From the human T2T-CHM13v2.0 reference genome, Homo sapiens: DNA of 64,000 nt. This document shows, one piece after another, positions 13,959 through 28,455 of this stretch. The stretch lies in NCBI RefSeq assembly GCF_009914755.1, contig NC_060938.1, one strand, 5' to 3'. Position 1 is the first letter of the stretch; every line of letters starts with the position of its first letter. A model generated the notes under the pieces. It had not been told where the DNA came from and did not search any database. It was given only the letters and a program-made list of their open reading frames with translations. A program made the position numbers and the translations under genes.

Positions 13959-14798
13959 TTTTTTTTTTGGTTTTATTTTATTTTTAATTGATACAATAAT
14001 TATACATATTTGGGGGGTACAGTGTGATGTTTCCGTACAAGTATGTATTTTGTACTGTTTAAATCAGGGTATTTAAGGCATCCATCATCTCAAACATTTA
14101 TCATTTCCTTGTGGTGAGTACATTCAAAATCCTTTCTTCTAGTTATTATGAGATATACAAGATTGTTAACTAGTCACTGTACTGTGCAATAGAATACCAG
14201 AACTTATTCCTTTTATGTAACTGTGATTTTATACCCCTTGACCAATCTCCCTCCATCTCTCCCTCCCTCTCTCTGTCCTCAGCCTTTGGTAATCACCATT
14301 CTATGCTGTACTTCTATGAGACCAGCTTTCTTAGATTCCACAAATGAGTGCGATCATGTTGTATTTGTCTTTATGAGTTTGGCTTACTTCACTTAACAAT
14401 GCCCTCCAGGTTTATCTATGTTGCTGCAAATGACAAGATTTCATTTTTTAGTGGCTGAATAATATTCCATTGCGTGTGTGTACCACATTCATTATTCATC
14501 CATTGATGGACACTTAGGTTGATTCCGTATCTTGGCTATTGTGAATAGTGACACAATAAACGTGGGAGTGCAGATGTCTCTTTGACATAGTGATTTCATT
14601 TCCTTTGGATGAATACCCAGTAGTGGAATTGCTGGAATGGTAGTTCTATTTTTAAGTTTTTGAGGAACTTCCATACTGTTTTCCATAACAGCTGTACTAA
14701 TTTACTTTTCTACCAAGAGTGTATCAGGGTTTCCTTTCTCCACATTCATACCAGCATTTTTTTTTGTCTTTTTGATAATAGCCATTCTAGTTGGGGTG
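13959..14798 (-). mobile_element. 5'-truncated L1MA-type LINE (3'UTR + ORF2 C-terminus)
   Basis: ORF 14492-14686 ([12 protein letters not shown]...[12 protein letters not shown]) is the L1 ORF2 C-terminus; perfect 16-bp TSD ccaacctcccatttct at 13943-13958 and 14799-14814. Confidence 0.93.
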
Positions 14799-14982
14799 CC
14801 AACCTCCCATTTCTCCACCAGTGGCTGGCACTTACCTATAGAGAACAGTGAAGCTAAGTGATAGGAATCCCTTCCATGTCCTACCTCCTTGGTACAAACC
14901 TACAAATTGGTACACCCTTCTTTACCTCCTTTCTCTGGGTTTTATAGAAAGAGGAAAAATATTGTTAAAAGTATGGCTTTTT

Positions 14983-16008
<1,026 letters not shown>

Positions 16009-16019
16009 TAACAATTTTT

Positions 16020-16215
16020 GCAGGGAAAGCTACCTGTTCCCTGCTCTGCCACTATAGCTGTGTGACCTTGGACAATTTACTTAAATCTTGCTACCCCATT
16101 CTGTGAAATGGGGATAATTATACTACCTAACTGGCAGTACTAAAAGATAATGCTGATGAATTCTGTTTAGCGTGGTGTCTGGCACAATAAGTGCCTGGCA
16201 TGGTAAGCGACAATG
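16020..16215 (+). mobile_element. MIR (3' part of the element split by the Alu/L1 chimera)
   Basis: gctctgccactatagctgtgtgaccttggacaatttacttaa...ctgtgaaatggggataat. Confidence 0.85.
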
Positions 16216-16521
16216 GTAATTTCTTTCTATGCAAATTCAACCCATCTTCCAGGGCTTATCCAGATCTTAAACTTATCCTATTGCTCTGGCTCTTTCCTCT
16301 ATCTGTAAGTATGCTCAAATCTTTCTTTCAACCCTCCCTTGATCTTGCATTCCTTTCTTATTGTTATTCTATTTTTCTTTCTCATAATCAAGCTTTTTGA
16401 CAGAGTGGGATTCTCTGCCTTACTTTAAGTCAGCTCGTAAACTAAAGCAATCCAGATTTCATGCCCCCTTGCACTGAAACTGCTGTCATAAGGTTGCCAG
16501 TAGGACCTCCTGAAGTGGACA

Positions 16522-16889
16522 TGTGCTTCTGTTTGCCTAGTGTCCTTTTGCCTTCTGGCAGCATGCCATCCCGGGGAGTTGCCCTCCTCTGTGGATCCTG
16601 GTGTAACTAACTGTCAGTTCAGTTCAGGTGCCCTGCTTTCTCCCAGCCCAGGGGTGGACATATGACCCTGAGTCAGGCCAAGCTGACAAGTCAGGGGAAC
16701 GACAGATGGTGACATTTCCTGCTTGCTACCCTAGTTCTCCTGGACATCCTCATTTCCTGTCCTTTCTATGGACTAATACTTTGATTTTTCCTTGGAGTCT
16801 GTGATCTACCTCATATTCCTTCAATACATTTCTTTTTACGTACCTTAGATGGCTGTGTTGCTTACAGAAGAAGGATTCTAACTGATACA
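16522..16889 (+). mobile_element. Old ERVL-type solo LTR (LTR16/LTR33-like) within L2
   Basis: 3' end tgttgcttacagaagaaggattctaactgataca; degenerate AATAAA upstream. Confidence 0.55.
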
Positions 16890-17127
16890 AACTATAATTG
16901 GTAAATTAAAGGGAAACATTTCAATACTTACATAATTTATTTTCTTATAGACCATGTCATCCTTGAAATTTTCTGTTGTTGTATGTAAATCCTGCAATGT
17001 TGCAGTGTTTTGGTTCTTCTCTTACCTCTCTACCTCATTATTCTTAGTCCCCTCACCGGCTCCAAGCCCTACTACATAAATGTTTGTTCCCTAAGTTTTC
17101 TCTCTTGGTCTTGTTCTCATGCTATCC

Positions 17128-17957
17128 CAGATGTTCTTGAATTGTGCCACAGACCGTCTGGCAGGAGGGGGAGGCCTCTAAATCCCTCCAGTGTTTCTAA
17201 ATGTTTTGAATGAAATGCATAGAATTACAAAAAAATCAAAATATGCTGAAATGTAATTAGAAAAATATTTCTAAAAATTGTGATATAGTAATATGTGTGC
17301 TTTTTTATTAACACAATAGACAAGATCTAGTGGTGGGCCTAACAACTACCATAATTTTGAACCAATAATGAGTATAAATGCTATTTCAAGATAGCTTTAA
17401 TAACTTTAATGTGATATGAAAATATCTGAGATTTCTGTTGGTGATCACAGGTATTGTGATTTCTTTTCTTTTCTTTTCTTTTCTTTTTTGAGACAAGTTC
17501 TTGCTCTGTCACCTAGGCTGGAGTCCAGTGATGTGATCACAGCTCACTGCAGCCTCGAACTCCTGGACTCAAGTGATCCTCCCACCTCAACCTCCCAAGT
17601 AGCTGGGATTACAGGCGCCTGCCACCACACCCGGCTAATTTTTATATATTTTTTTCGTAAAGACGGGGTTTCACCATGTTGCCCAGGCTGATCTCAAACT
17701 CTGGGCTCAAGTGATCCTCTTGCCTCAGCCTCCAAAGTGCTGGGATTACAGGTGGGAGCCACCATACCTGGCAGGTATTGTGATTTAATCACAAGTACTG
17801 CTAATACTTCTTTGAATTGTTTCCTATATTAATAATTGAGAGAAATTTTAGTTCATGAAAACAAGAACATATTTTTTTCCCCTTCACATTCTCAGACTTC
17901 CTGAATTCTATCCATAGAATCCTCAGCAGTCCTAGGACTCTAGGTGAAGAATCTTTG
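17128..17957. mobile_element. hAT-Charlie MITE (MER119-like) split by an AluJ
   Basis: gttcttgaa...cacagacc...aagatctagtggtgggcctaacaactaccataatttt...ggtgaagaatc. Confidence 0.6.
17463..17772 (-). mobile_element. AluJ
   Basis: cactgcagcctcgaactcctgg J-type sequence; TSD caggtattgtgattt at 17448-17462 and 17772-17786. Confidence 0.94.
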
Positions 17958-17959
17958 CC

Positions 17960-18810
17960 TAAGTCCTCTCCTTAGGGTTTCTCATCCATACCAGGGCTTG
18001 CTCCTACTATCCATGTCTTGCGGACTCACAGGTTTATATCCTCAGCCTGGACATCTATATACAGAGACCTTCCTCTGTTTGTCTCACAGGCATCTCCCCC
18101 TCTACACGTCTACACCTGCGTTTGCTTCTTATACCTCTTCTTCCTGGGGGTTTCTCATCTCTCATCTGCTCTGTGGTTAACTTCCAGTATTGTTCCCTTC
18201 AGTACTCCCTTAATACTGCTGCCAGAATAATTCTAAAAAGCTGGTATGTTCTAAAATCTGAGTGTATCATTTCCTTACATGGGAATCTTCAATGACTCTC
18301 CTTTGCCTACAGGTTGCAATTCATAGTTCATTGTATGTCATAAAAAGCCCTCCACAGGCAATGTGATGGGTTCCATCTCTTGCCTCTTTGTTCTGTCCAT
18401 ATTCCCTTTACTCTATGCCTTCTGCCTGCACTACTTGGTTTAACCATTTAAACATATTTGGACTTTCTGCATGTCGCTTGATTTTTCATGCCCTAAACCT
18501 TTGCACAGGCTATTATATCCCCTAGCCTTGCTCACTTGCTAATTTGTACTCATCTATCAAGATGGGCCCAAGTGCTGTCTCCTGGGGAAACTTCTTTGAT
18601 GCCTCACATGTAGTTGACACTCCTTCTTCATTCCCATGCTTGCACCGGACATATGCCTCTAGTAAAATTCATATTACAGTGAATTATAATCATGTCTTCA
18701 TATATTTCTCTTTGCCACTAAAGTATAAAATTCTTGAGGAAAAGGACCATATTCTATTTATTTATGTGTTTCTAGTTTTTAGCATAATAGGAACTCTTAC
18801 CATGTGTAGT
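17960..18810 (+). mobile_element. L2 fragments
   Basis: aatcttcaatgactctcctttgcctacagg, cctttgcacaggctatt, cttgaggaaaaggaccatattc: L2 3' region motifs. Confidence 0.7.
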
Positions 18811-21084
18811 CATTTTTGCCAACAAATATTTTTTGACATATTTAGTGTTACAAAAAAATCACTGTCATATAGTTCACACAGAGAGTGTATTTGTTTTAAG
18901 GATAAGAGCAAATTAATGAGTCTCTTCCATTCTAAATTTAGGACAAAATTTTAGTCTTACCATGTAACGTAATTGGACCTCTTTAGTGGAGAAACTAGGT
19001 CGAGGAACTGTTGCTGTGCAGGGAAAATGAAAATGTAGACATCTTAAAAGCTGGTATGAGTTCTATATATAAAAGCTCAGCCAACCATGTCTGTTTTAAG
19101 GTTATTGTTTAGTTAGATACATTATTATTTTGTATGATGTTCTTTTCTCCCATATCACATCTATAAATGTTTATCGAGTTGAGGTTAGATTTACTGCAAG
19201 TGGAAACTCTTAGAGAAATAACCAAAAAAGTCAGGAATATGTGCAAGTCTTTACTGTGGACTGATGTTTAAAAATTTAGAGACAGAATTACTGAACAGAA
19301 GACAATCTTACAGCATACAATCAAATCTTGGCTGCTACTAACACATGTGGCACCTTTATGAAAATTAGAAAAAGACGTTCCTTTCTCGAAACACCTTACA
19401 TCCACCTTTAGGAAATTGTCATAATAGATTGACTTAATTGGAATAGGGTACTTTCAACTGCCATCTTCTGGAAAGTCTCACTAATTTGCAAATCTGTGGT
19501 ATCTGTGATGTGAAGGACATCTGTTAGTAGTGGCGCCTGTGTGTAATGCACAATCTGCATTGTAGCATATATGGCTGCCTTAGCCAGGGGATGAGCATTC
19601 TCTCCTTGTATGTGGTTTTGCTACCAGTTATTTATTGTTCAAATGATAGTGAAGGTTTTCAGATGAAAAAGGAAAAATACCAGCTGCACTTTACTGAGAG
19701 GAAGAAGAAGCTAACTTTCAGCACATCCAAGTGACTCTGAAACCACACTAGACCATTGTGTCCTACAGAATTGAAAGAGGGCATCAAAGAGCACCATCTT
19801 TAGGTTGTTGCTTACCTGGCTTGAAAAGTATTAAAACCTCAAGGGTTCTGAAACATCATGTGCATTAACTATGGCTCCACAGAGGGTATACCTTCCCCTC
19901 TCAACTTCCTATTCTGGAACTCTATGATATATTTCCAATTACAAATGTTAGGACTGTGGTAAAGCACCAAAAGTTGTGGCTAGAATTTGGTCTTTGCCAC
20001 TTCTTACACTTGCTTAGTTCAGAACTTGGAATCCTGTTCTTGTGCAAATCCTGTGGTTGATGCTCAACACACAAAACCAAAAAACTGTTTGTTCTTGGCA
20101 TAAAAATGAAATGAACTCTTGCTTATTTTCTTATAAAGAATGAAGTTTTAGATCTAAAGGAATTTGGATACACTTTATTTCCCTTGTTTTTTTCCCAGTT
20201 TGGTTTCTGACCTGTGTTGGGTGGGGGGGTTAGGTATGCAGTGAGCCAGAGCAGTTGACTGTAGGTGTATTCTGATTTTTAGCCTCTCAAGAGGACTGTC
20301 ATAACAGGATAGCCATGATTCCAATAACACTGGGAGGTGGATGAAACATTCTGAGGATACGTGCAGGTTGTAGATGGGCTTGCTTACTTTGGAGCTCGGG
20401 TGGTGGGTGGGTTTCCTCAGGGGGTAGTGAGAAGGGAGGAAAAACGATGAGATGTAAGTCAGATTAAAAGATGCCTGCATCAGCATGAGAAGCCTACTGC
20501 TAAGGGTCAATCATCATACAGGATGTATTTTCAATATTAAGCAGATATGGTAGAGATTTCAATCATTGTTGGACTGATTGGCCTTAGAGCTCTGGTAAAA
20601 CGCTGCATCAGAGCAGAGCAGACACCTGCTGAGGTCCCAGGTGCAGAGGAGGTCTGGAGAAATGAGCATCTGGCAGGCTGGTCCCAAAGCCAGGGCTGGC
20701 TCAGGGACTGGCCTTTATTAGGTTTCCTTCCATGACAAAAACTCAGCTAACACTTATTGGATTCTAAGTGCTGCGTGGGATTAAAAGGGCCCTTGCCTCT
20801 GTAGAGTTGCCAAAAAGAGAGACGCATAACAACTCTAAAATAAAGTAGGATAAACTGAGTGTTACAGTAGAGTTTTAGTACAAAAAAAATTTTGGGGAAG
20901 TACAGGATGAAGAGCAATTTATCCTTCTGAGAGGAGCCTTTTCCAAAAAGTTGGTCTTTAAAAATGAACATTTTCCTGTTTATTTCTGATTTTTGAAGAA
21001 AAACATGCTCAATTTAAAAACAATTTTTAAATAGAAGTGTAAAATACATACAAAAAGCAGAAAAAAGGAAAGTCATACTTTAAA

Positions 21085-22409
<1,325 letters not shown>

Positions 22410-22454
<45 letters not shown>
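22410..22454. repeat. (TG)22 microsatellite
   Basis: Direct reading. Confidence 0.97.
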
Positions 22455-22455
<1 letters not shown>

Positions 22456-22459
22456 ATGC

Positions 22460-22751
22460 ATTTTTTGAGACATGGTTTTGCCCTCTTACCCAGGCTGGAG
22501 TGCAGTGGCATGATCACAACTCTGTAGCCTCAAGCTCCTGGGCTCAAGTGTTCCTCCCACCTCAGCCTCCTGAGTAGCTGGGACCATAAGCACGTGCCAC
22601 CATGCCCAGCTAATTAAAAAAAATTTTTTTTGTAGAGATGGGGGTCTCACTATATTGCCCTGGCTACTCTTGAACTCCTGGGCTCAAGTGATCCTTCTGC
22701 TTCAACCTCCCAAAGTGCTGGGATTATAGGTGTGAGCCACTGCACAAGGCC
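22460..22751 (-). mobile_element. AluJ
   Basis: gcctcaagctcctgggctcaagtg and gggtctcactatattgccc J-type features. Confidence 0.92.
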
Positions 22752-22753
22752 TG

Positions 22754-22756
<3 letters not shown>

Positions 22757-22806
<50 letters not shown>
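22757..22806. repeat. Perfect (AT)25 microsatellite
   Basis: Direct reading, 50 nt uninterrupted. Confidence 0.97.
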
Positions 22807-22808
<2 letters not shown>

Positions 22809-22923
22809 AGAAGCTTTGGAGGGTCATCTTAGATTGGACAGGTGGAACCTAGTGAGATCAAGGAATCAATGTCAGGCTCTGCTATAAATGGCATAGGATG
22901 AGGGGAATGCGGAGGATGAGGGG

Positions 22924-23143
22924 AATGTGGCAAATGAACTCTGTCAGACTCAGGAAAAGCTTCAGAGAGAAGGCAACATTTGAGCTGGACTCTTATCCCA
23001 AATAGTAGTTTTCCAGGAAAAGGTGTGTGTGTGTGCATGCATGTGCTTATGCTTGTATGTATGTTTGAGGAGGAGAGGGAATAGACTATTGGTAGTGGGG
23101 TTCCAGGTAGGATGAAGAGCACATGCAAAGGCATGGAAGCATG
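22924..23143 (+). repeat. Dispersed direct duplicate of 24144-24349
   Basis: About 5 substitutions plus a 14-nt indel in a TG-rich part; offset 1220 bp. Confidence 0.95.
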
Positions 23144-23654
23144 GAAGCATCAGTCAGTGAAAAACAAGTTCAGGAGGCCAGTGCTGGAAAGGAGGTGGCA
23201 AACAGGGAAGTTGGTAGCTGTTACAAAGCACAGTAAGTAGTGAATCAGGAGACCATTAAAGGGAGGCCATCTAATTTTTTGTTTTGGATTTTGCTAAGTA
23301 TGATATGAGGGAGTAATTAGCTTTATTCATTGCCTCTGAAATCTTTCTCCTTCCTGTAGGGGATATTTCTACCTGCAGTTATGATTAGGATTGAATTTGT
23401 ATTGGTTTTTATTAAAGTTGCTTTGCACTTTATAAGGCTCAATCCCAACAGAGACCAGAGCTCACCTGGGCTACAGGAAAAATAATTTGATTTCTGTTTG
23501 TTCATTTATTATCAGTTGATTGCTCTTTCCCATTCATTGAGAATCAGTGGGGTGTTGCTATCCTTCAGTGCTTAAAAAGGGCTCCCCTCCTGTTGTGCAG
23601 GCTTATTGTTGAATTGTATGCCGGTTGCGGGGGCTCTTCTGCTGAGTGAGTGCA

Positions 23655-23815
23655 GGAACTTGGGCAAGTCTTTTCTGAGTTTTTTTTTTTCAGCATTGAA
23701 ATGGAAATAATTTGCCTACCTCTCAGGTTTGTTGTAAGAAATGAATAAAATGATTGATTTTAAACAATTAGCTAGCACAGTGCTTGGCCTATTGTAGGTA
23801 TTCAGTAAATGCTGT
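23655..23815 (+). mobile_element. MIR
   Basis: aacttgggcaagtc...gaaatggaaataatttgcctacctctcagg...gcacagtgcttggc. Confidence 0.75.
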
Positions 23816-23974
23816 GAGAATCAGACTAGAACTGAGAGGGTCCTTGAAGGATTGTCTAGTCTTTCCCTCTACCTGTAGACCAGTGAGTGGCCCCAGCCTT
23901 CAGGTTAAATGTTTTATATTTAATTTTTGCATAGTTCCAGGCATGAAGACCCCACAACAATCTTCAGCAGTGGT

Positions 23975-25030
23975 AAAAACATTTATTAAGAACCTCCTAT
24001 ATGTCAGTACTACATGACTTGTGTGCGTTACAAAGATAAACAAAGTATATCATGGGTACCAGTAAGTTTACAGTACTGTTAAGGGACACAGGTGCATAGA
24101 CAGAATTAAAATGCAGCACATTAATACAAAGTAATGTGGGTAAAATGTGGCAAATGAACTCTGTCAGACTCGGGAAAAGCTTCAGAGAGAAGGCAACATT
24201 TGAGCTGGACTCTTATCCCAAATAGTAGTTTTCCAGGAAAAGGTGTGTGTGTGCATGCTTGTATGTATGTTTGAGGAGGAGAGGGAATAGACTAGTGGTA
24301 GTGGGGTTTCAGGTAGGATGAAGAGCACATGCAAAGGTGTGGAAGCATGAGCAAACGTGGCCTGTACCAGGTGATGTAACTGAGGTATTAAGTAAATAAA
24401 TAGCTGGTGGGGACAGGCAAGTTACAGAGGGGAGGTAGGACATGGGACTGGAGAGGTGAGTTGGAGCCATCCTAAGGAGTTAAGACTTTATCCTATTGAA
24501 TAGGGAAGTTGCACAATCAGATCTATTTTTAGAAAATCACTTTTTTGACAACTTGAAAGATCAGTCAGTGTGGGGAGGGCTGGAAGTGGGGAATGTTATA
24601 GGTCAGGTGAGACAAGACAAGGGCTGGCATGAGGTTGTGACTTTGGGGCTGGAGAGCAGTAGAGAGAGCCAGTACTTCTGAGGTATATGTCAAGACTTTG
24701 ATCAAAGTAGGACTTTGATGAAAGACAGAAAAGGATAAGCCAAAGATGACTTTGGGGTTTGTAGCTTTTGCTCTTCTGGGCACTGGAGCTACAGAGAGAA
24801 AACACATGTTCCCCTCACAGAATTTACTGCCCTAATGATTAAACAGATGCACAAAAACAAACTAACAAATAAAACCCCTACCAATAACTGACCATATAAT
24901 GTGTGCTTTGGGTGGTCAGTTAACCCTCTAGACTACTGATCCCATGTTGACTATGTACTAAGTGCTGTGGGAACATGGGAAAACAAGCATTTAAGTCTAC
25001 CAGAGGGAGTAGAGGAAGGTTTCACAGAGG
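23975..25030 (-). mobile_element. L2 fragments
   Basis: aacatttattaagaacctcctatatgtcagtact (antisense L2 end), gaaggcaacatttgagctgg, cagatctattttagaaaatcac. Confidence 0.7.
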
Positions 25031-25035
25031 AGATG

Positions 25036-25579
25036 TGTATTAGTCAGGGTTCTCTAGAGGGATAGGACAAATAGGACAGATGTATATATGAAAGGGAGTT
25101 TACTAAGGAGTATTGACTCACATGATCACAAGGTGAAGTCCCACAATAGGCTGTCTGCAAGCTGAGAGCAAGGAAGCCAGTCTGAGTCCCAAAACCTCAA
25201 AGGTTGGAAAGCCAATAGTGCAGCCTTCAGTCTGTGGCTGAAGGCCCAAGAGCCACTGGCAAATCACTGGTGTAAGTCCAAGAGTCCAAAAGCTGAAGAA
25301 CTTGGAGTCCTATGTTCAAGGACAGGAAGCATCCAGCATGGGAGAAAGATGAAGGCCAGAAGACTCAGCAAGTCTGCTCTTTCCACTTTTTTTCTGCCTG
25401 CTTTATTCTAGCCATGCTGGCAGCTGATTAGATGGTGCCCACCCAAACTGAGGGTGGGTCTGCCTCTCCTAGTCCACTGACTCAAATGTTAATCTCCTTT
25501 GGCAGCACCCTCACAGACACACCAAGGAAAATACTTTGCATCCTTCCATCTAATCAAGTTGACAATATTAACCATCACA
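25036..25579 (-). mobile_element. HERV-L solo LTR (MLT2A2-like)
   Basis: tgtattagtcagggttctctagaggga...caagttgacaatattaaccatcaca, 544 bp, TG..CA ends; TSD agatg/aggtg. Confidence 0.92.
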
Positions 25580-26674
25580 AGGTGCCATCTGAGCTTCAAC
25601 TAAAAAGGCGAATAGGTGGTTGCTAGGGAAAGAAGAGAGCAGTGGGCGTTCATTCCATGGTGAGGGAGTAACATTTGCCTAGGCAAGAAAGTAATGGAAG
25701 GAGATGCATTGTAAAGGAATTAGCTGGTTTCCCCCAGTAGACTGTAAGAAGGATGAAGTCAGGGGGCTGTGTGTCTCACTCAGTATCATATCTCATCTGA
25801 GTGGTAGGAGAGAGAACAGGAGAAGCAAGCGTGGCGTGGTAAGCTGCTTTACACTGGGGAGAGGATGTAGAGACAATGAATCTGGATTGCTTTTTATAAA
25901 AGCTGAGCAGGAAAACGAAGGAAGAAAGGAGAAAGAAGGCAGGTTTTGGGGGAAAATAAATTGATGTAAAAAATGAAATGGATTTGGAACAGTTCATTAT
26001 AGTACTTTCTGGGATTCTTCTAGCTATTGATACAGAGAAGTTTCCATTGTAACCTCATATTACATTTTACCACAACCAGGACCCTTGGAAAATTTGACTG
26101 GCTTGTAGAGTGTGGTTGCTGCTGATGGGCAGGGGCAGAGTAGTCTATCTGACTGTAGACTGGCAGCTGTAACCTCAGTGCTCCCCCTCAGTTCCCTACC
26201 CAATTTGTTGAAAGGGGGGTAGTGGGATTATTTTGGTGAATATCTAAGTAATTTATCCCTTTGTCTAAGGTAAATTATAATTTTTTTGATCTTTCACACT
26301 GGAGGTATTTTTCAACCTTTTATTTATTTAGACCATATCCTCCCTCTCCACTCCAATACTACCCATTTCCTATCTCGGCGCTGTCCCCTGCCCCGACTGA
26401 AGTGTAGATATTTCAAGGAAAGGAGATATGATTTTTACTCCAAAGAAAAATCTTGAGAAGGATTTTTTAATCATTTCCCACAATTTATATTCCAGAAGTC
26501 CCAGTTAGGAAGACTACTTTTTTAGATGACAATTGACAACATGAACAGCAAATCGTGACAGCCACAGTAGGGTCCCTTTTCTAAATGGTAGATTTAGGTT
26601 GCCAGAGATGCTTTGATTCTGGAATCAGGCATGTAATTTATAAGAAAAGAGTTAAGGACGAAATTATAGTTAAT

Positions 26675-26835
26675 AATAGAATCAGGGAATGGCTTAGAAA
26701 TTAGCTAGAACCTAGACCAACCCCCTTACTTTACGTAAGAGGAAGCTGACACTCAAGGAGTCTAAGCTGTGTGCCCAAGTTAGCATATTGAAACAAGGTA
26801 GGCTTGCACTGAGTCCCCACCTGGACTCCCTCACT
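26675..26835 (-). mobile_element. MIR/MIR3 fragment
   Basis: ctagaccaacccccttactttac...gaggaagctgac...tgcccaagttagca. Confidence 0.6.
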
Positions 26836-28426
26836 GTTCAACAGATGCTACAGATGACAGGACACAGTGCCATATTCTCTAATTGCTTCCAGGGTTTTCT
26901 GGAATCTCTCTAATCTCTGCAATGATTTTCTGAGCTACAGGATGGCAGTAACTGTGTCAAGTGAGTCATGTCTGGACAATAAAGTTACTTTAATGATTAA
27001 GTCGCAGGAGAAAAGGGAGAGAGATTCTCCAATTAGGAGTCTTCTGTAGCCTAGAATGCATTTCCACACTGTGTCTTTATGCTGGGTCTCTCCCTTTTGT
27101 ACAGCATTGGCAGGAACTTGCCATCCAAGGTGTCTGATGTCTCACCAGGACTTATTGACACCCCCAGGACCTGTCAAGCTTTCCTTTGGAACCGACCATA
27201 TAATGTGTGCTTTGGGTGGTCATTTAATCCTCTTGATTACTGATCCCAATTCTTTCCTATCTGTATAACCTCCTCTGAACAGCTTCTCCCTGCAGCCCTG
27301 GCCCCCCAGGGACCCCATTCTCTCCTGTACCATAATCTCCCATGGGTGCCACTCCTGGGCCACTTGTACCGAAGTCGACTGTCAGAAGGGCCTCTGGGCC
27401 ACCAGGCCATCCTCCTGGTCAATCTTTTTCCTGTTCTCTCAGCAGCCAGTCCAAACTTTGCCTCAAACCCCTCCCCATTATCTCACCTCCCCACTTCTCC
27501 TGGAGGAAGACCATGCCCCCTACTTCACTGAGCAGCTTTTGATCATCGAGTGAGAACATCTCAGCTTCCTGGCTGGCCCAGACTTGCTAACCACCATTTT
27601 TACCTACTATTTCCTTCTGCCTTAGGGGACAGGTGTCCCTGTCCTGTTTGCAGTTAGTCCACCTCTCTCCCGCTTCCTGGGTTCCTTGCCCACTGGTCAA
27701 ACCCTTCTTCCCTGTATCTTCAAACCTCTCTTTCTCTTTATTAGTCCTGCCCCTTAGGAGGTAAACCCTCTCATCGTCTCTCCCACTAAAAGAAACAAAC
27801 ATATAAGCAAAACCACACACATTAAACAGCAATCCATTGTCCCTACCCTCCCCCCACTACCATTTCCTCTCTTTCCTACCCTTCCTTGTTTGCACCCCCT
27901 CCATGAAGAGAGCCACCTGTGCTCAGGCACCATGCCATAATTCCCCTGTTCATCCTGTCGCTGCCCACTTGCAGTGACCTGATGCCTGATAGCCAGACTC
28001 TATTATTTTATTAGCTAACAAGTCCTTCTTCACTTAGAACACTACATTTGAACTGAGCTTCATGCTGAGGATTCCTGGGAGTTAATTCTTTGTGGGGCAG
28101 TCCCTCATGGGTTAAAAGTCTCATCCAGATGGATTCCCAGAGTGTGTGCTGATAGCCTGTCTCCTACACCACCCAGTGGCTGGTAGTGACTGTGGGTGGG
28201 ATGAGTTGTGGGGGAAGTCTGTGATCCTTGGCAGATACTCTCTGACTTCAGTCCAAGGTCTTTAGAATACTATTGTGAGAGTAAGACAATCTGTCCTGAG
28301 AACCAAGCCCTCTAGGTTTTAGAATGTTGACTTTAACTGGCATTGCATATTTTATCTCTTGCTGTGCTTCTTTTCTAACTAGAGAGTGAAATCTTTCTCT
28401 CTTTATATTTGGATTTGAAAATGCTC

Positions 28427-28455
28427 TGTGTGTGTGTGTCTGTGTGTGTGTGTGT
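28427..28455. repeat. (TG)n microsatellite
   Basis: Direct reading. Confidence 0.9.

Noticed and set aside
19650-19734. ttttcAG-ATGAAAAAGG... as a coding exon
   Set aside because: Very short pyrimidine tract, early stop and no matching donor
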